Assembly: GCA_031835245.2 (NCBI GenBank)
Contig: JAVKOQ020000050.1
Location: 124,001 to 188,000, forward strand
Origin: Balamuthia mandrillaris
Lineage: Eukaryota
DNA: 64,000 bases
Direction: 5' to 3'
The notes under the pieces were generated by a model that had not been told where the DNA came from, did no database searches, and saw only the letters and a list, made by a program, of their open reading frames with translations. Shown here piece by piece: positions 48,392-61,627 of the stretch. The position numbers were made by a program, and so were the translations under genes. Position 1 is the stretch's first letter; each line of letters opens with the position of its first letter.

Positions 48392-48459
<68 letters not shown>

Positions 48460-48660
48460 GTCGTTTCTTTCTTTCTTTCTTGTCGTTTCTTTCTTTCTTT
48501 CTTTCTTGTCGTTTCTTTCTTTCTTGTCGTTTCTTTCTTTCTTTCTTTCTTGTCGTTTCTTTCTTTCTTTCTTTCTTGTCGTTTCTTTCTTTCTTGTCGT
48601 TTCTTTCTTTCTTGTCGTTTCTTTCTTTCTTGTCGTTTCTTTCTTTCTTTCTTTCTTTCT
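48337..48660. repeat. (TTTC)n array punctuated by TTGTCG (higher-order unit of about 18-22 bp)
   Basis: Seen directly in the sequence, between two converging genes. Confidence 0.9.
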
Positions 48661-48736
48661 TCTTATTTCGCGTCGTTCATTTGTTCTCAGCTCCTTTCCA
48701 TTCTTTTCCGTTCTTTGTCCCCTCTTTCCTCCTTTC

Positions 48737-49796
48737 TCAACAACACCACCAATGGCACCACTTGTCCTGACGTCGCTCGTAAATGTCCTCGTAGGCAAAA
48801 AAGTTGAAAAAGTTGGCCACCAAATCCGCATTCTCCTCCACAAACGCCGTAAACTCCTCTCGTGACAGCTTTCCGTCCGAGTTCAAGTCGGCTTTCTTGA
48901 AAGCCGTTAACACTTCCTGCAACGCGCTTTCTTCCTCGTCTATGATCTGCGCTCCAAACTCTTCCAAAGAGAGAACGTCCTCGACGGAGCGGCCGAGGTG
49001 CTCGCGGGACTCGTGCTCCAGGATGGACTGTTCGGAGCGGAGGAGCATTGGGATTAGCTCCTTTACTTCTTCCAGTTGGACAAAGCCATCGCCGTCCAAG
49101 TCGTACACTTTGAATGCGACTATATTTTCGTGTGTCAGGGAAAAAGAGATCATAAGGCCAAAGAAGAAATAACGGAAGGAGAGAACAGCTGCGTACAGTC
49201 AATTCGTTCTTGTCTATTGCCTCTACAAAGGGCAGACATGCCACGCGCAAACTCTGAAACTATGCGAGTTATTTGTTCAGTTAGACACACCACGAAGCTC
49301 GACAAACGAAGAGACGAAGAGAGAGCAGAGAGCAGAGAAGCAGAAAGCAACGGAGAAGGAAAGAGAAAGGGAGCAGCAGAGAGACGAGAGAAAAGAGAAG
49401 AGACGTACAGTCAATAAAGCCGTTTTGGTCGCGGTCAAAGACATTGAAGAAACGATCAGCGAGCGCCTCAGTGATGCCCCATTGCACCAACAGCTTCAGA
49501 AACACTTCCCTGCTGGCAGCATTTTTGCTGCTGCCAATCGCTCTCTTGAACTCTTTCATGATCTTGGTCAATTCCTTCCTGTTAACTGGTTTTTTTTGAT
49601 GGTTTGATTGTGTGCATGGATCAGCTTTCAGCTGATGATGAAAAGGGATATACGAACATTCGACAAGCGAGGGCTCCGGTAAGACGAGGCGCGTGTCGGC
49701 AGAGTTGCCGTTGGTGTTGACTCGGTGGATGAGGGTAGCACTGTCTCCCTCGTTGCCTCCACCCCCTCCAAAGTGCAGGCTTTGTGTTTGTCCCAT
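48737..49796 (-). CDS. NCS/calcineurin-B-like EF-hand calcium sensor, N-myristoylated
   Basis: MGQTQS fits MGxxxS. EF-hands FNVFDRDQNGFID, AFKVYDLDGDGFVQLEE and AFKKADLNSDGKLSREEF. Confidence 0.9.
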
Positions 49797-50395
49797 TGTC
49801 AGTGTTTTTTTTTTGTTTCTGACAAAATCAGAAGATGAGATGATAATCTTGATCTAATGATCCTCAGAGAGCTTTTTCTATTTTCTTGGTTTTTTGAATA
49901 ACTTGACCTGAATACAACATCATAGTTAAAGGGTATAAGGTATGGAAGAAGAAGAACGCTCAACTCACTCCACATCGTACCTGATCAACGCTGCTAATCC
50001 ACAACATAAACCATCTTTTTTCCCCCTTTTTTTCTTTCTTTCTTTCTTTTTCGCTCTATAATATCTTGGCGTCAGTTCGAAACGCGTCGGATACAATATT
50101 TTTTCGCGATAAAAACAGCCTTCGGTTCGAAGAAGGACGCAAGCAATGCTATTTGCCAATAATTATCTGTCGACACATTGCCCGCAAGTTCGAATCCCAC
50201 GGCGACATATTTGTTTTTTATTTTGTTTTTTTTGTTTTTTTGTTTTTTTGTTTTTTTGTTATTTTGTTATTTGTTTTTTGTTAAGTTGTTATTCTGTTTT
50301 TGCAAAGCATTTGAGAAAGTTTCACACCATCATCATTCAAAAAAAGTGGTTGCAAAGACGATCGCTCCACACTTGTTCTTTTTTAAATCTTTTGC

Positions 50396-53300
50396 TTACT
50401 GGTCCTTCTCACAGCGCTCGTAGAACAGAAGATAGGCCTGGGTGGAAAGCACCTTGGGGACGTCCACGCTGTGGCCTTGGCTGTCGGAGAAGTACCACCA
50501 CGCTCCGTCGGCCTCCGCCGAACGCACGTAAGCAACGTAATGGCCTCCTCCGAGTCCTCCTGAATGTTCGACAACGCCAAAAAGTCTATAACTTCCAGAG
50601 TATTTGGTATTGCTCTTGTCTTCTTCGTTGGAAGATGAAGATGAAGAAGAAGAGGATGAAGAGGATGGAGAAGCGATAAAAGGTCCCAGAGAGAGTTCCA
50701 AAGGAAAGCCAACGTGCTTGGACTGTTTGTCCAAACCGTGGAAGGTCTGACGGAAGCGTTTGAGATGGAGAGTGAGAACAGGAGGTGGTCGATGGATCAA
50801 GAATTGTTTCGTGGCTGTAGTTTTGATCCACAATTCTTCTTCTTTTTTCTCTTTTTCAACCGCTTTTTCTTTTCCTTTGTTCATCGCTGTTTGCTGCTGT
50901 TGTTGGCGAGTTGAAGAAGCAGCTGTTGGTGTTAGGCGACCGCGACCGCGAGTGCGTTTAGCCAATCTTTTAGGTTTTGTTGCTGTGGCTGTTGCTTTCG
51001 TTTTCTGCGCTGAGTGTTGAAGTTGTGCAGTTTCGTTTGTTGCGTTTTCGTTTTCGTTTTCGTCAGTGTTGCCTTTTTCTTTCTTCTCTTCTTCCTTGTC
51101 ATCCTTTGCTAATTCTTCTACTTTATTCTCCTCAGTTGCTCCATTCTGTAGTTGCTCTTCCTCACTTTCTTTTTTGTCTTCTTCTTTGTTTCCCTCCTCC
51201 TCTTCTTTTCTCTTCTGTTCTTCCTCAACTTCTTTTTCTCGTCTTCTCTTTTCTTCTTCCTCTATTCTCTTTCGTTCTGCCTCTTCTTCCTCCTGTTTTT
51301 TCCTCTTCTCCTCTTCTTCTTTCATCCTTCTTTGCTTTTCTGCTTCCACTATTGCCTCTTCTTCTTGTTCCTTCTTCTTTTCTTCTCTTGCTTTACGCGT
51401 GCATTCGGGGCAGGCAAAGCTATTATCTTCTTCCAATAATTCCGGATTCGTAAAGTCATAGAGACAAGTGTAGATAGAAAGGTCTCCACGTTCAAGGGTT
51501 TGTCTGATGGCATCTGGAATGGTGCCTCTTCCATCGAAGGAACATTCGGTATTCTTTATCTTGTCTTTTTCTTTGTTCTTCTCCTTTTCAACAGTTCCCT
51601 TCTTGTAGTTCGTTGTTTCTCTTCCGGCTTCGGTTTCCTTATCCTCGTTGTTCTTTTCCTTTGCAGCTTTCTGTTCGTCTTCTATTGCCTCATTCTTAGT
51701 ATCTTCATCTTTTGTTTCATTCTCCTTCCCTATTGCTACCTTTTCGCTTTCTTCGCCATTTTGTTGGGGCTTTACTTCGTCTTCTTTTTTCTCCTTTCTT
51801 TCCTCTTCTCCTTCTTCTCTTTCTCCATCTTGTTTTTTCTCTTCTTCATTCAATGCTGTTGATTCAGAAGCATTGGAAGCTACTCCACGCTTGTCACGTG
51901 CAGCAGCGTTTCTGCTTTGTTGCTGCTGTAATCTCTTCATTTCCTATTTGGTTTTTTTTTGAAAAAAACTAGAATGAGAAAAAGCAACACATGACAAAGA
52001 AAAGGAAGAAGACGTGAAACGGAAGGAAAGAAGGAGCCACAAACCCTTTTGGAGAGACGTGGTGATTGGTCGTCTTGTTTCTTTGAGTATAAAATGCCAC
52101 CCTGTCGCGTATCCTAAATATTAACAGAATAAGTAAGAATGGTTGTTCCCCAGCAAATGGAAACAAAATCCAAGAAACATACATGCTTGACGGCAGCTCT
52201 CGATCTCCTACCGCTGGTACGAGTATCTTCACAAAAGCGGCTTGGAATGGGAACAGACAGGTCCAGAAACGGCTCGTAGGTTTTTGATACCTGCATGATG
52301 AAGCATTAGGTACGAAGAGAACAAAAAAGAGAGAACAAAGAGAGGGAAAGAGAGAGAAGAAGATTGAAAAAGAAGCTATCCAAGAGGAATAACAAAGGAG
52401 AGGGTGCTATACATGATGGCAAGTATGGCAAGTAATGGTACTTTCAAGGACACCTCCAAAAATGGCATCCACAAACGTATTTGTTAGCAACGACAAAGGG
52501 TCTCTTTCTTTCTTGTTTTCCTTCTCCTTCTCTGTTTCCACTTTATCGTCATCTGCTTTGTTTTCTTCTTGTTTTTCTTCTTGTTTTTCTTCTTCTTTTT
52601 CGTCGTCCGCTATTGTAGAATCCTCTTGTTCAGATGATTTTGATGAATTTTGCAGCAAACGCACGCGTCTTACTTCCTCGGTACGGATTCCATCCAACAA
52701 GTAACGCAGCAATTCTTGGCTGTCTTGCTGTCGATAACCTCTGAAGCGAGCAGCTCTATTTGTAATATGTTGGTTTCTGAACATGAGAGAGAAAATACAA
52801 AAAAGAAAAAGAAAAAGAAAACAAACAAAATTTACATAAACGAAAAAGAGAAAGGATCGTAACTGTTGACAAACAGCACTGAAGAGCGCTTTAGGGGTGA
52901 GACAAGAGCCAGGAAGAGTGTACATAGCAATCATAAATGCCCGCAACGCACTCGTCAGCTTTCCTTCTCCTTTTACCACCAAAGAAGACTGTCCGCCTTC
53001 TCTCTCTTGATCTTCTTGTTCTTTGTCGAAGATAGAAGGGATATAAGAACGAGGCAAAAGCCCGGAAACAAAGTAGTTCTTGAGAGCCTTGGAATGAGCC
53101 AAGTTTTGGAGAATGGAGTTGAAAAAACACGTGTTGCCCAAGTTTCTAAGACCTTTGAGGCCGGGACCGAAACCACCGTTCGATGCCCCAGTTTTACCTC
53201 GTTTGGTTTCTACTGCAAATGAAGCCACTGAAAAAAATATGAGAAAGAGAAAGAGAAAAAGAAAGAGAAAGAGAAAGAGAGACAAAGAGAAAGAGACAAA

Positions 53301-54370
53301 AAGACAGATAGAGAACGCACGAGAGGAAAGAGAGAAAGAGAAAGAAGCCAAGAACGACAATTACCTAGCTGCTCTCCACTAAGTACGATATCATCTCCTT
53401 TCTTCTGTTGTTGGGGTTTGCCTTTCTTCTTACCGCCGCCATCTTCGTTGTCATCCGCATCTCCATCTTCTTTCGACAAAGCGGCTCTCACAAAAGCAAC
53501 ACATTCTTCCACTTTCTTATAAGCAGGGTGGCCATGGCTCGTTCCTTCCTCACCCTCATCCTCGTCATCACCTCCTTGTGGTTGAACAGGGATCTCTTGA
53601 TCGCAAACGTAGCACCATACCATAAAGTTGGACGGAGAGAGCACCAGAGCGTGCCGAGAGCTGCGAGAGTGCTTCTCTCCGTGCTCACGGTCGTTGCGAC
53701 CGCAGTTGGCCTGCCCGCAGGAAAGGCATATCCACAGTTGTTGCTGTTATTTTTTGGTGGAAAGAATATAAGTTGAAGGCAGGAAGGAAGTTAAAACAAG
53801 AGAACGCGAAGCAAGAAAGACAACAAGTTGAAGACAGGGAGAAAGAGGCAAGAGAAGCAAAGCAGACAAGGCCAGAGAAGAAGGATGGAGAAGAGAGAAG
53901 CCCAGAAGCCCAGAAGAGAAGAGAGAGGAGAGAAGAGATGAGAACGAGAGAGAACGAGAAGAGAGAAGAGGAGGAGAGAAGAGGAATGACGAAAGGAGGC
54001 GAAGCGGAGAAAGAGTTACGGGTTCATGAGGTGAAGCGCTTTGTAGGCAGGCCTACAGCAAAAGTATTTTTTGTTTTTTTCAAAAAAGAAAGTGAGTGAA
54101 AGGGAGTTGTTTTTAAGAAAAACAAAGAGTGGAAGGAGAAGGGCAGTAGCTTCATACTATGCAGCTTAAAGCAGGACCGGCCTGGAGGGGCTTCCGAAGG
54201 GCTTGCACGGAGGCTTGCCTCAAGTGAGGGCAACGCTGTCCAGCGCCGGCGGCAGGTTTCTTCTTGTTGGACGTGAGATCCTCGTCCCCCCTTCCGCCAG
54301 CACGTTTGCCCTTTCCTTGTTGTTGCTGCTGCTGTAACCTTTGCTTATGCCGCGCTTTGCTCTTTCCCAT
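50396..54370 (-). CDS. Ubiquitin-specific protease, USP16/USP45-like (zf-UBP plus USP domain), multi-exon
   Basis: CPHL, zf-UBP (...VWCYVCD), Cys box GLRNLGNTCFFNS, QQDSQE, YEPFLDLSVPI, LTLHLKRF and His box VEHSGGLGGGHYVAYVR. Confidence 0.92.
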
Positions 54371-54426
54371 CTCTCTCCTCTTCTTTCTTCTTTAGTTGTT
54401 TTTTTTTCACTTATTGTGGTATTTAC

Positions 54427-54571
54427 GTCGACACAAGTCGACAGTAATTTTAACTTAGCGGTAATGACGATATGAAGTCGACAATAATAATTTCGGGTCG
54501 ACGGAACAAAGCCATATTCCATGTCGACATTGCAGGAATTGCCACGTCACCTGACACGTCACAGTGTCGAC
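54427..54571. promoter_or_regulatory. Bidirectional promoter with six GTCGAC and two CACGTCAC motifs
   Basis: GTCGAC at 54427, 54437, 54477, 54497, 54523 and 54566, within the 270-bp gap between divergent ATGs. Confidence 0.55.
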
Positions 54572-54639
54572 ATAATAATAGACACAGGAGAAAGAAGAAA
54601 AAAAGTAGTGGAAAGAACAAGAAAGAAAGAAAGAGAAGA

Positions 54640-57600
54640 ATGGGGGCGTGTGGGCGCTCCTCCGGTGCGCTGGCTGTATTATTAGTGTTCCTTGGGTGGA
54701 CTTGGGTGCTGTTGCTATTGCGCGTTGGCGTGCCAGTGAGCGAGGCAGCGCCGCTGCCACATGAGCAACAACCACAGATGGGCTTCGAAGAAGAAGCGGA
54801 GGAGGAGCAGGAGAGCGAGAGGGGTGGCGAGGCTTCACGACAGGAGGGGATGGCGATGCCGAAACAAACTTCTTCATTGCCACCATCGCAACAGGGAGAA
54901 TCCCTTCCGGGGAAGATGGAGGAAGTAGGAGAAAAGGAAGGAGAGAACAAGAATGAAGAAGAAGAAAGGAGATCAGAAGAACAACCACAGAAAGAAGAAG
55001 CAGAAGAACAAGAAGCAGAAGGAGAGGCACAAGAGAGAGAGGATCAGGGAGTGTGGGTTACAGTAACAGCGGATGTTGCCGAAGCGGACGGCCAACCACA
55101 ACCGCAACAAGGAGAAAGCAGAGGGGATGAAGAAGGAGAGCTATCTTCTTCCGTTTCTGCTTCAACACAGGAACAAGTGGACGCAGGAGAACGTAATATT
55201 CTTCTCTCGATGAAAGAGGCAGCCGAAGAGGAGGAACAACGAGAACCACCTCAACAACAGGAAGAAGAGTTAGACCAAAGTAAGCTGCAGCAACAACTTC
55301 ACCATGAAAGAGAGGAGACAGTAGCCAAAATAAAGGGAGAAGAAGAAGAACCAGAGGAAAAAGAAGAAGAAGAAAGAGAAGGAGAAAAAGAAGAAATAGA
55401 AACGAAACAACAGCAACAACAGCGGCCAACAACAGCAACAACGCGGAGCAATAATAACAACCAAAGCCACAACAAGGAGGAGGCAAAGGAGGAGGCTGCT
55501 ATCGGAGAGAGCAAAGAGGTTGCTGCCACAGCAACCACGCCATCGGTGCCGGAGTGTCCCACTGAAGGTGACAAAAGCAAAAAACCAAAGGGTTAGCCTT
55601 CCTCTTTCTTCCTCCTTGTTTTTACCTTTTCTTCGTCCTTCTTGTGCTCTTCTTCTTTGCTTCTTTGTTTCTTTCTTCTTAATGTGATAATGTGTTCTTC
55701 AGAGGTCATTCCTCCGCTGGAAGAGTGGAAAGACAAGATCAAGTCAGACATGGAAAAAAAGGAAGGCCCTGGCCACCATCACAACAACAAAGATGGCAAA
55801 GGTCAACAGGGCAAAAAGAACAAGAACTTTCTCTCCATCCTCACTGAACGCTATTCCAACCAGTTTAACTACGCCTCTGAAGAGTGCGGAGCCAAAGTTT
55901 TGGCTTCTAGCCCCGAATTTCAGGTTTGTGTCTTGTCTCTTTTTCTTCTTGTTCTTCTTCTTCTTCTTATTCTTCTTGTTCTTGTTCTTCTTGTTCTTGT
56001 TCTTCTTGTTCTTCTTCTTTTTCTTCTTCTTCTTCTTCTTCTTCTTCTTCTTCTTTTTCTTTTTCTTCTTCTTTTTCTTCTTCTTCTTCACTCTCTCCAT
56101 TTTGTTCATTTCGTATTGTTTGCTTTTTCTTGCAAGGGTACTTCCAACGTTCTGAAAGATGCAATGGATGTATACTCGATGAGCCCCTGCGAGTCTACCA
56201 AATGGATGGTGCTAGAGCTCTGCGAGGAGATCGGCATCAACGCTTTGGAAATCTCCAACCTTGAATCGTTCAGCTCCACTTTTAAAGAGTTTCGTGTGTT
56301 GGGAAGTCACAAATGGCCAACCACCAAATGGGTTCCTATCGGCGGAAACTTTACCGCTCAGGACGTGAGAAAGATACAGCTGTTCACGCTGGAGGAGCCC
56401 GTTTGGTTCAAGTACCTCAAGTTTCAGTTCTTGAGCCATTATGGCAACCAGTATTATTGCCCTGTTACCTCTATTCGAGTGCATGGCATTAATCACGTAT
56501 CTGACTTGAAGCAAAGTATGTCCTTTTATTCTTTCATATGCTTCTTTCTTTCTTTCTTCTATTGCTTCTATCTTCGTTTTCTTTTCATATAGAGCTTTTT
56601 TCTTATTCTCATTTTCATTTTTTTTCAACAGAGATAAAACAGAACTCACAGGAAGTCAATGAATGGACCGAACGATTGAAAAACAGTGAAGTCACTGACT
56701 CTCCTTCCATTGACAAAGAGTTGATCCTTAGCGAGAAAGAAGAGCTGCAAACGCCACCGAACGCCATCTATCACGAAACACACTCTTCTGCTTCACAGGA
56801 AGAAGCAGCAAAAAAGAAGAGCAGCCTAGAGAGAGAAAACGAATTAGGAGGGAACAGCGTCATCGAAGAAGTAATAGGTGTAGTTGATGCAGAAGACATC
56901 CTTCTTAACAACCGATCTGCTCTACTTTCGGAAAACAACGCAACGCAGTTCGGTACAAACACAACAACAACCGGCGATCATACAAAAGAAAAGCAAGAGG
57001 AAGTTGTTGTTCCATTTGAACTCCCATCGTCTCCTTCACCTTTGCCGGAGCAAGTTATTATCAACAGTTCTTCGGCGATGTCACCTTCTGAAACTTCTTC
57101 GTCGCCTTCGGCAGAGATTGTGTTCACACAAGTGCAAGCCAATGGAATCGAAGAACAGAAAGATTCTACACCAAGCACCAACATTCAAAATTTGGAACGA
57201 CACCAATCCACTGACGTAGACGAACACGAAGAAACAGGTGATTTGCTAAATGGGGACGAAGTGCAACGTCAATTGAACGAAGGAGCTGCAATGCAACAGA
57301 AGTCGAAGGATAAAGAAGATACGTTACAAATTTCAACTAAAGATTCAGAAATAGAGAAAGAAGATGGGAAAGAAGAAAAGGAGTTTCCTTCGAGAAATGA
57401 CGAGAACATCATTTCTAGGGACAGCGAGACACAACCTGCTACAGAGAAAGATATTTACTTTCACGAGATCATCAATACTACTTCTTCTCCTCTTATTCTC
57501 GATCCTCCTCTTAACACTCAGCTCGAAGAGGATGTAAACAAGGTAGAGGAATCAGAAGAAAGAACGGTAAAAAATAACGAGACGATGACAAACAAAGACA

Positions 57601-58151
57601 ACGCAGAACAAGTGTTGATGGAAGTAACGATCAATGAAAAAGCAGCCCAGCGTTTGAACGAAGAAGGCAACAAAGAATCCGACCGTGGCAAAATGGAAGA
57701 AAAAACGGAACAGGAACAGAAGAAGGAAGAAATACAAATTGGCAAGGGTGGAGACGAAAAAGCAGAACAAATACAAAATGGAGAAGTCAAGCGTAAGCAA
57801 GAGGAAGAGAAGTTGGAGAAAGACAAAAAGCAAAAGGATGAAGAGACAAGTGCTGAACAAGAACAAGCAGATCCTAAAAATCAAAAACAACAACAGCAAC
57901 CAACAATAACAACTCAACAAGAAGAAACTTCTAAAAAAATTGGCAAAAAAGAAGAAGAGGGCAAAGAGAATATACAACAACACCAACGTGGGGAAGAAAT
58001 GAAAGTTGAAGAAAAAGAAATGGAAGTGGAAGTGGAAGTAGAGGAAGAATTTTCGGAATTGGAACTGTTGATGATGGATGATTCGGATGGCGAAATGGAG
58101 GAACTTAGCGCTGGCGAAAGCGTTTTTACCACTCTTGCGAATCGAAGTACG

Positions 58152-58187
<36 letters not shown>

Positions 58188-59592
58188 CCTAGGTTTGTTT
58201 TCTGACTGACTGAAAAACAAACAGTGAAAGAACTGGAAATAAATCAATCTCTGTCAAACAGATATCTGGAAAAAGTGTCCTCTCGTTATGTGGAGTCTTA
58301 CAATGAGCTGATGGAAGAGTTAGAGCGATATTCATCGGAACGAGCATTACTCATCAGCTTAGTAAACGACCTTTCCAAAAACACGTCCAACTTGGTACTT
58401 GTCGTTCACTGTTCGCTCTGCTTTCTTCTTCTTACTTTTCCGTATGTTTTCTTTGCAGGAAGCACAACTTCTACATAATGTTCAACAGATGGTCGACGAT
58501 CGCGTCTCCATCGCCACTGAAGTTTTGCTCCTCGAGTTCCAAGACCGCATCGACCAAATGCAACAATCCTTTGCCGAAGAGCGCAACGAACTCCTTCTCT
58601 TCATGTTTGTTGCTGTCGTCATTGCTTTCTTCTTTCTTCACTATTTTCACCTTATCATGGTGGAAGCGTTTCATTATGTCAACAGCCAAAAGCAGAGTTG
58701 GAGGGAGAGAATTTCCTCCTTTCCTTCTCTTCGAAGGAGCAGACGGAAAACGTCATCGCTTCCTCGTTCGCGCTCTCACGAAGAGTTTCGTTCTCTTCTT
58801 ACTCCCAAAAAATCTTCTTCCTCTTCCCCAGCTTCCTCAATTTCTTCTCCATCTGCTTCATCTTCTTCCATTGTTTCGATTCGACGGAGCAAAACTTCGG
58901 CGTCTTTGCAATCTTTGTATTTAGCCGCTTCTCCTTCCAATCACCAAAGCCTCGACTTGCTGAACATCAACAAAACAAACGAACGCGATAACGAAAATGA
59001 CAGCGAAGAAGAAAAAGATATAGTTTGCTATAATGACGATAAACGTGACAATTACAACGACATCAACAACAAGAAGAGTTATAGGAAAGCTTCAAGTGTT
59101 CCAGCAACGCATCGTGATCAAGCCACTTCTTCATCTTCATCTCCGTCTTCACCGGCTTCTTCGTCTTCTTCTCCTTCTTCATCTCAACTAACCAGCAAGC
59201 GACACAGTTTACCTGCTCCTTTTTCCTCCTCTTCTCCGCTATCCCTTTTCTCCTCTTTCTCCTCCTCCTATTCCACTTTGTTTGGTGATTATCACCAACG
59301 GAAAGAAAAGCAGACGAAGCAAGAGACAACCTCACCAACAGCTCCTCTTCCACCAAGTTCGAACAGGTTACGCGAAGGTGAGCGTAGCGGTATTTATCGA
59401 TACAAGGTTTCTTCGGCAACATCTTCTTCAACTGCTGCGCATTCTTCTTCGTCGATCCCCTCCACTTCCTCTTTGTTGGCAAAAGTGAAGGGAGCGACAA
59501 ATAATCGAAAGAAGCGACGAAAGAGAAAGGAGCAACTGCAACAACAGCAACAACGGTCTCACAAAGAGAAAAGCTATAGTTTGGAATTGTAA
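54640..59592 (+). CDS. Mid-SUN domain protein (SUCO/Slp1-like), multi-exon
   Basis: Signal/TM segment at the N-terminus; SUN domain FNYASEECGAKVL...LELCEEI...NLESFSS...FLSHYGNQYYCPVTSIRVHG; coiled coil ESVF..LANR..ELEINQSLSNRYLE; and a TM segment (LLLFMFVAVVIAFFFL). Confidence 0.92.
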
Positions 59593-59614
59593 TTTGTTTT
59601 TTCTCCCTTGCAAC

Positions 59615-61563
59615 TTACTTCTTTTTCCGCTGCTGGAAAACCCAACGAATATCCTCCTGAGTTGCTCTAACGAGCAAGGCAATCCGCGTCTTCCAAGGAG
59701 AAGACGCAAAAGCGCTCCAAGCACGCAAGGAGATGGCAATATAGCCGGCCATCACAGGGAGGAACGCAAAAGGAGAGTAGGAGAGGGCCAAGAACATGGC
59801 GACAGCTTGCAGGCCACAGGCCACCTTCCTGGCTTGGAAGCTTGCCGCGAAGGAGGGCAAGGCGGAGTAGAGAGCGTTCTGCTCTGGGGAGCCGGTCAGG
59901 TCGAGGGTACGTTCTGCAGAGGGGACAGGATAGCGCCACTGATGGGCCTCCATTAAGAGCATGTACTCCTGAGAGGTGCTTGCTTTGTGGCTGTAGTACT
60001 TGGTGCCGATAGTGACGGCAGTCATCAGCGCCACTGCCAATGCATTCTGGCCAGGGAAGGAAACAAAACAGAGGAAGCAAGGCAAGGTGGATTAGTGGTG
60101 GGAGGAAGTTAAACAAATTAATAATAAGGTTGCGGAGACGTACCCTCCGTCCAGAAGAGGCAACAACCAAGCGGTTCGCTTGTGTGACGGCCTCGGTAAG
60201 GTAGCCAGCGCCTTCAAAGGCAGAATTGAAAAAAAAAAGCTAAGTGGAATGCACAAAGAGAAGAGAGAAAGGAGACAGAGAAAAAGGGAAGGAGAGGATA
60301 AATACCAAAGCGACTGGCAATGAACTTTTGCCAACGCCTGTTTGTTCTCCTTATTGCCCATAACAACCCAAAAAGACTAGCGGCGAATGTGGTAGCTAAC
60401 ACAGGGGCGGGGAACAAGCTTTTATCCAAGTACATGGGAAGGGAGGTGTGCACCATGGCAACGTATTCCCTTAGCAACAGCGGAACTCTGCGGCGCTTCT
60501 CCATCTCGCAATAAATGGCCCAAGTGTAGAGCGGAGGAGCTACGCCAAAGGCCATCCAAAAGAGCCAAAGCTTTGGTACATGCACTCCTAATATCTAGAA
60601 GGAGAAGAAGATAAGGAGAAGGAGAAGGAGAACAAAGAAGAAGAAGAAGAAGAAGAAGAAGAAGAAGAAGAAGAAGAAGAAGAAGAAGAAGAAGAAGAAG
60701 AAGAAGAAGAAGAAGAAGAAGAACAAGAACAAGAACAAGAACAAGAACAAGAACAAGAACAAGAACAAGAACAAGAACAAGAACAAGAACAAGAACAAGA
60801 ACAAGAACAAGAAGAAGAAGAAGAAGAAGAAGAACAAGAACAAGAACAAGAACAAGAACACGAACAAGAACAAGAACAAGAAGAAAGAAGAAGAACAAGA
60901 ACAAGAAAGACGAAGAAGAAGAGCAAAGACAAAGAGAAGAGTAAAGAAGAACTAGCAAAAACAACAAGAAAAAACAACAACTAAGAACAAACAGGAGGTG
61001 CTGCAACAAAACCTGTTGGTAACTGCGCTGCTTCTGCCATGCCGAGAAGCTTTGCACCAGCAGCTGAACATCAGACGTGAGCTCGGGCGAGGAAGCCACA
61101 ACGTTGCCATCCGACGGAAAGAGGCCCTGCGCTCTCTTGGACTTGGGGCTGTGGAGGGTCGTTCCTCTCTGGGGCACCGACCCTCTGCTGCTACCGGAAG
61201 ATGAGCTGAAAAAAAAGAAAGAGAAGCAAGGAACAAATCAACCACACAAAAGAGAGGGGAGGGAAGGATTTTGATTTGTACGCACAACAACCGAAACAAA
61301 GCGAAACTCTTGGGTTTGTTTGGCGCACGGTGATCTCTCATCAAAGATGGCAGCAGGCCACGTCGGCCTACGCCCACTGAGTTGATTTTTCTCATTGAGG
61401 ACGTGAGGAGAAATGGGTGGTGAGGAGGGCACACCCCATGCTGATGATAAGTCCTCGTGGGATTATTCCTACCCAATCCCAGCGTCGTCCGGCCAACAAA
61501 CAAGCCGCATGGGCCACGGGCCATCCCTTCCACTCTGTTCGCGCCCCGTCGCTTCATCAGCAT
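59615..61563 (-). CDS. Hypothetical multi-pass membrane protein, possibly mitochondrial; start uncertain
   Basis: Several exons carry hydrophobic helices (LWLFWMAFGVAPPLYTW, VLATTFAASLFGLLW, AVAMFLALSYSPFAFLPVMAGYIAI). The N-terminus is Arg-rich and poor in acidic residues. Confidence 0.6.
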
Positions 61564-61627
61564 TTTTCTTTCGTTCTTTCTTTAAACAAACTAATATAGA
61601 AAGTTAGAGAAGAGAAGAGAATGATGA

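Noticed and set aside
50060..50210. tRNA gene
   Set aside because: A B-box-like sequence is present, but the acceptor and T stems do not pair. Kept only as a low-interest finding.
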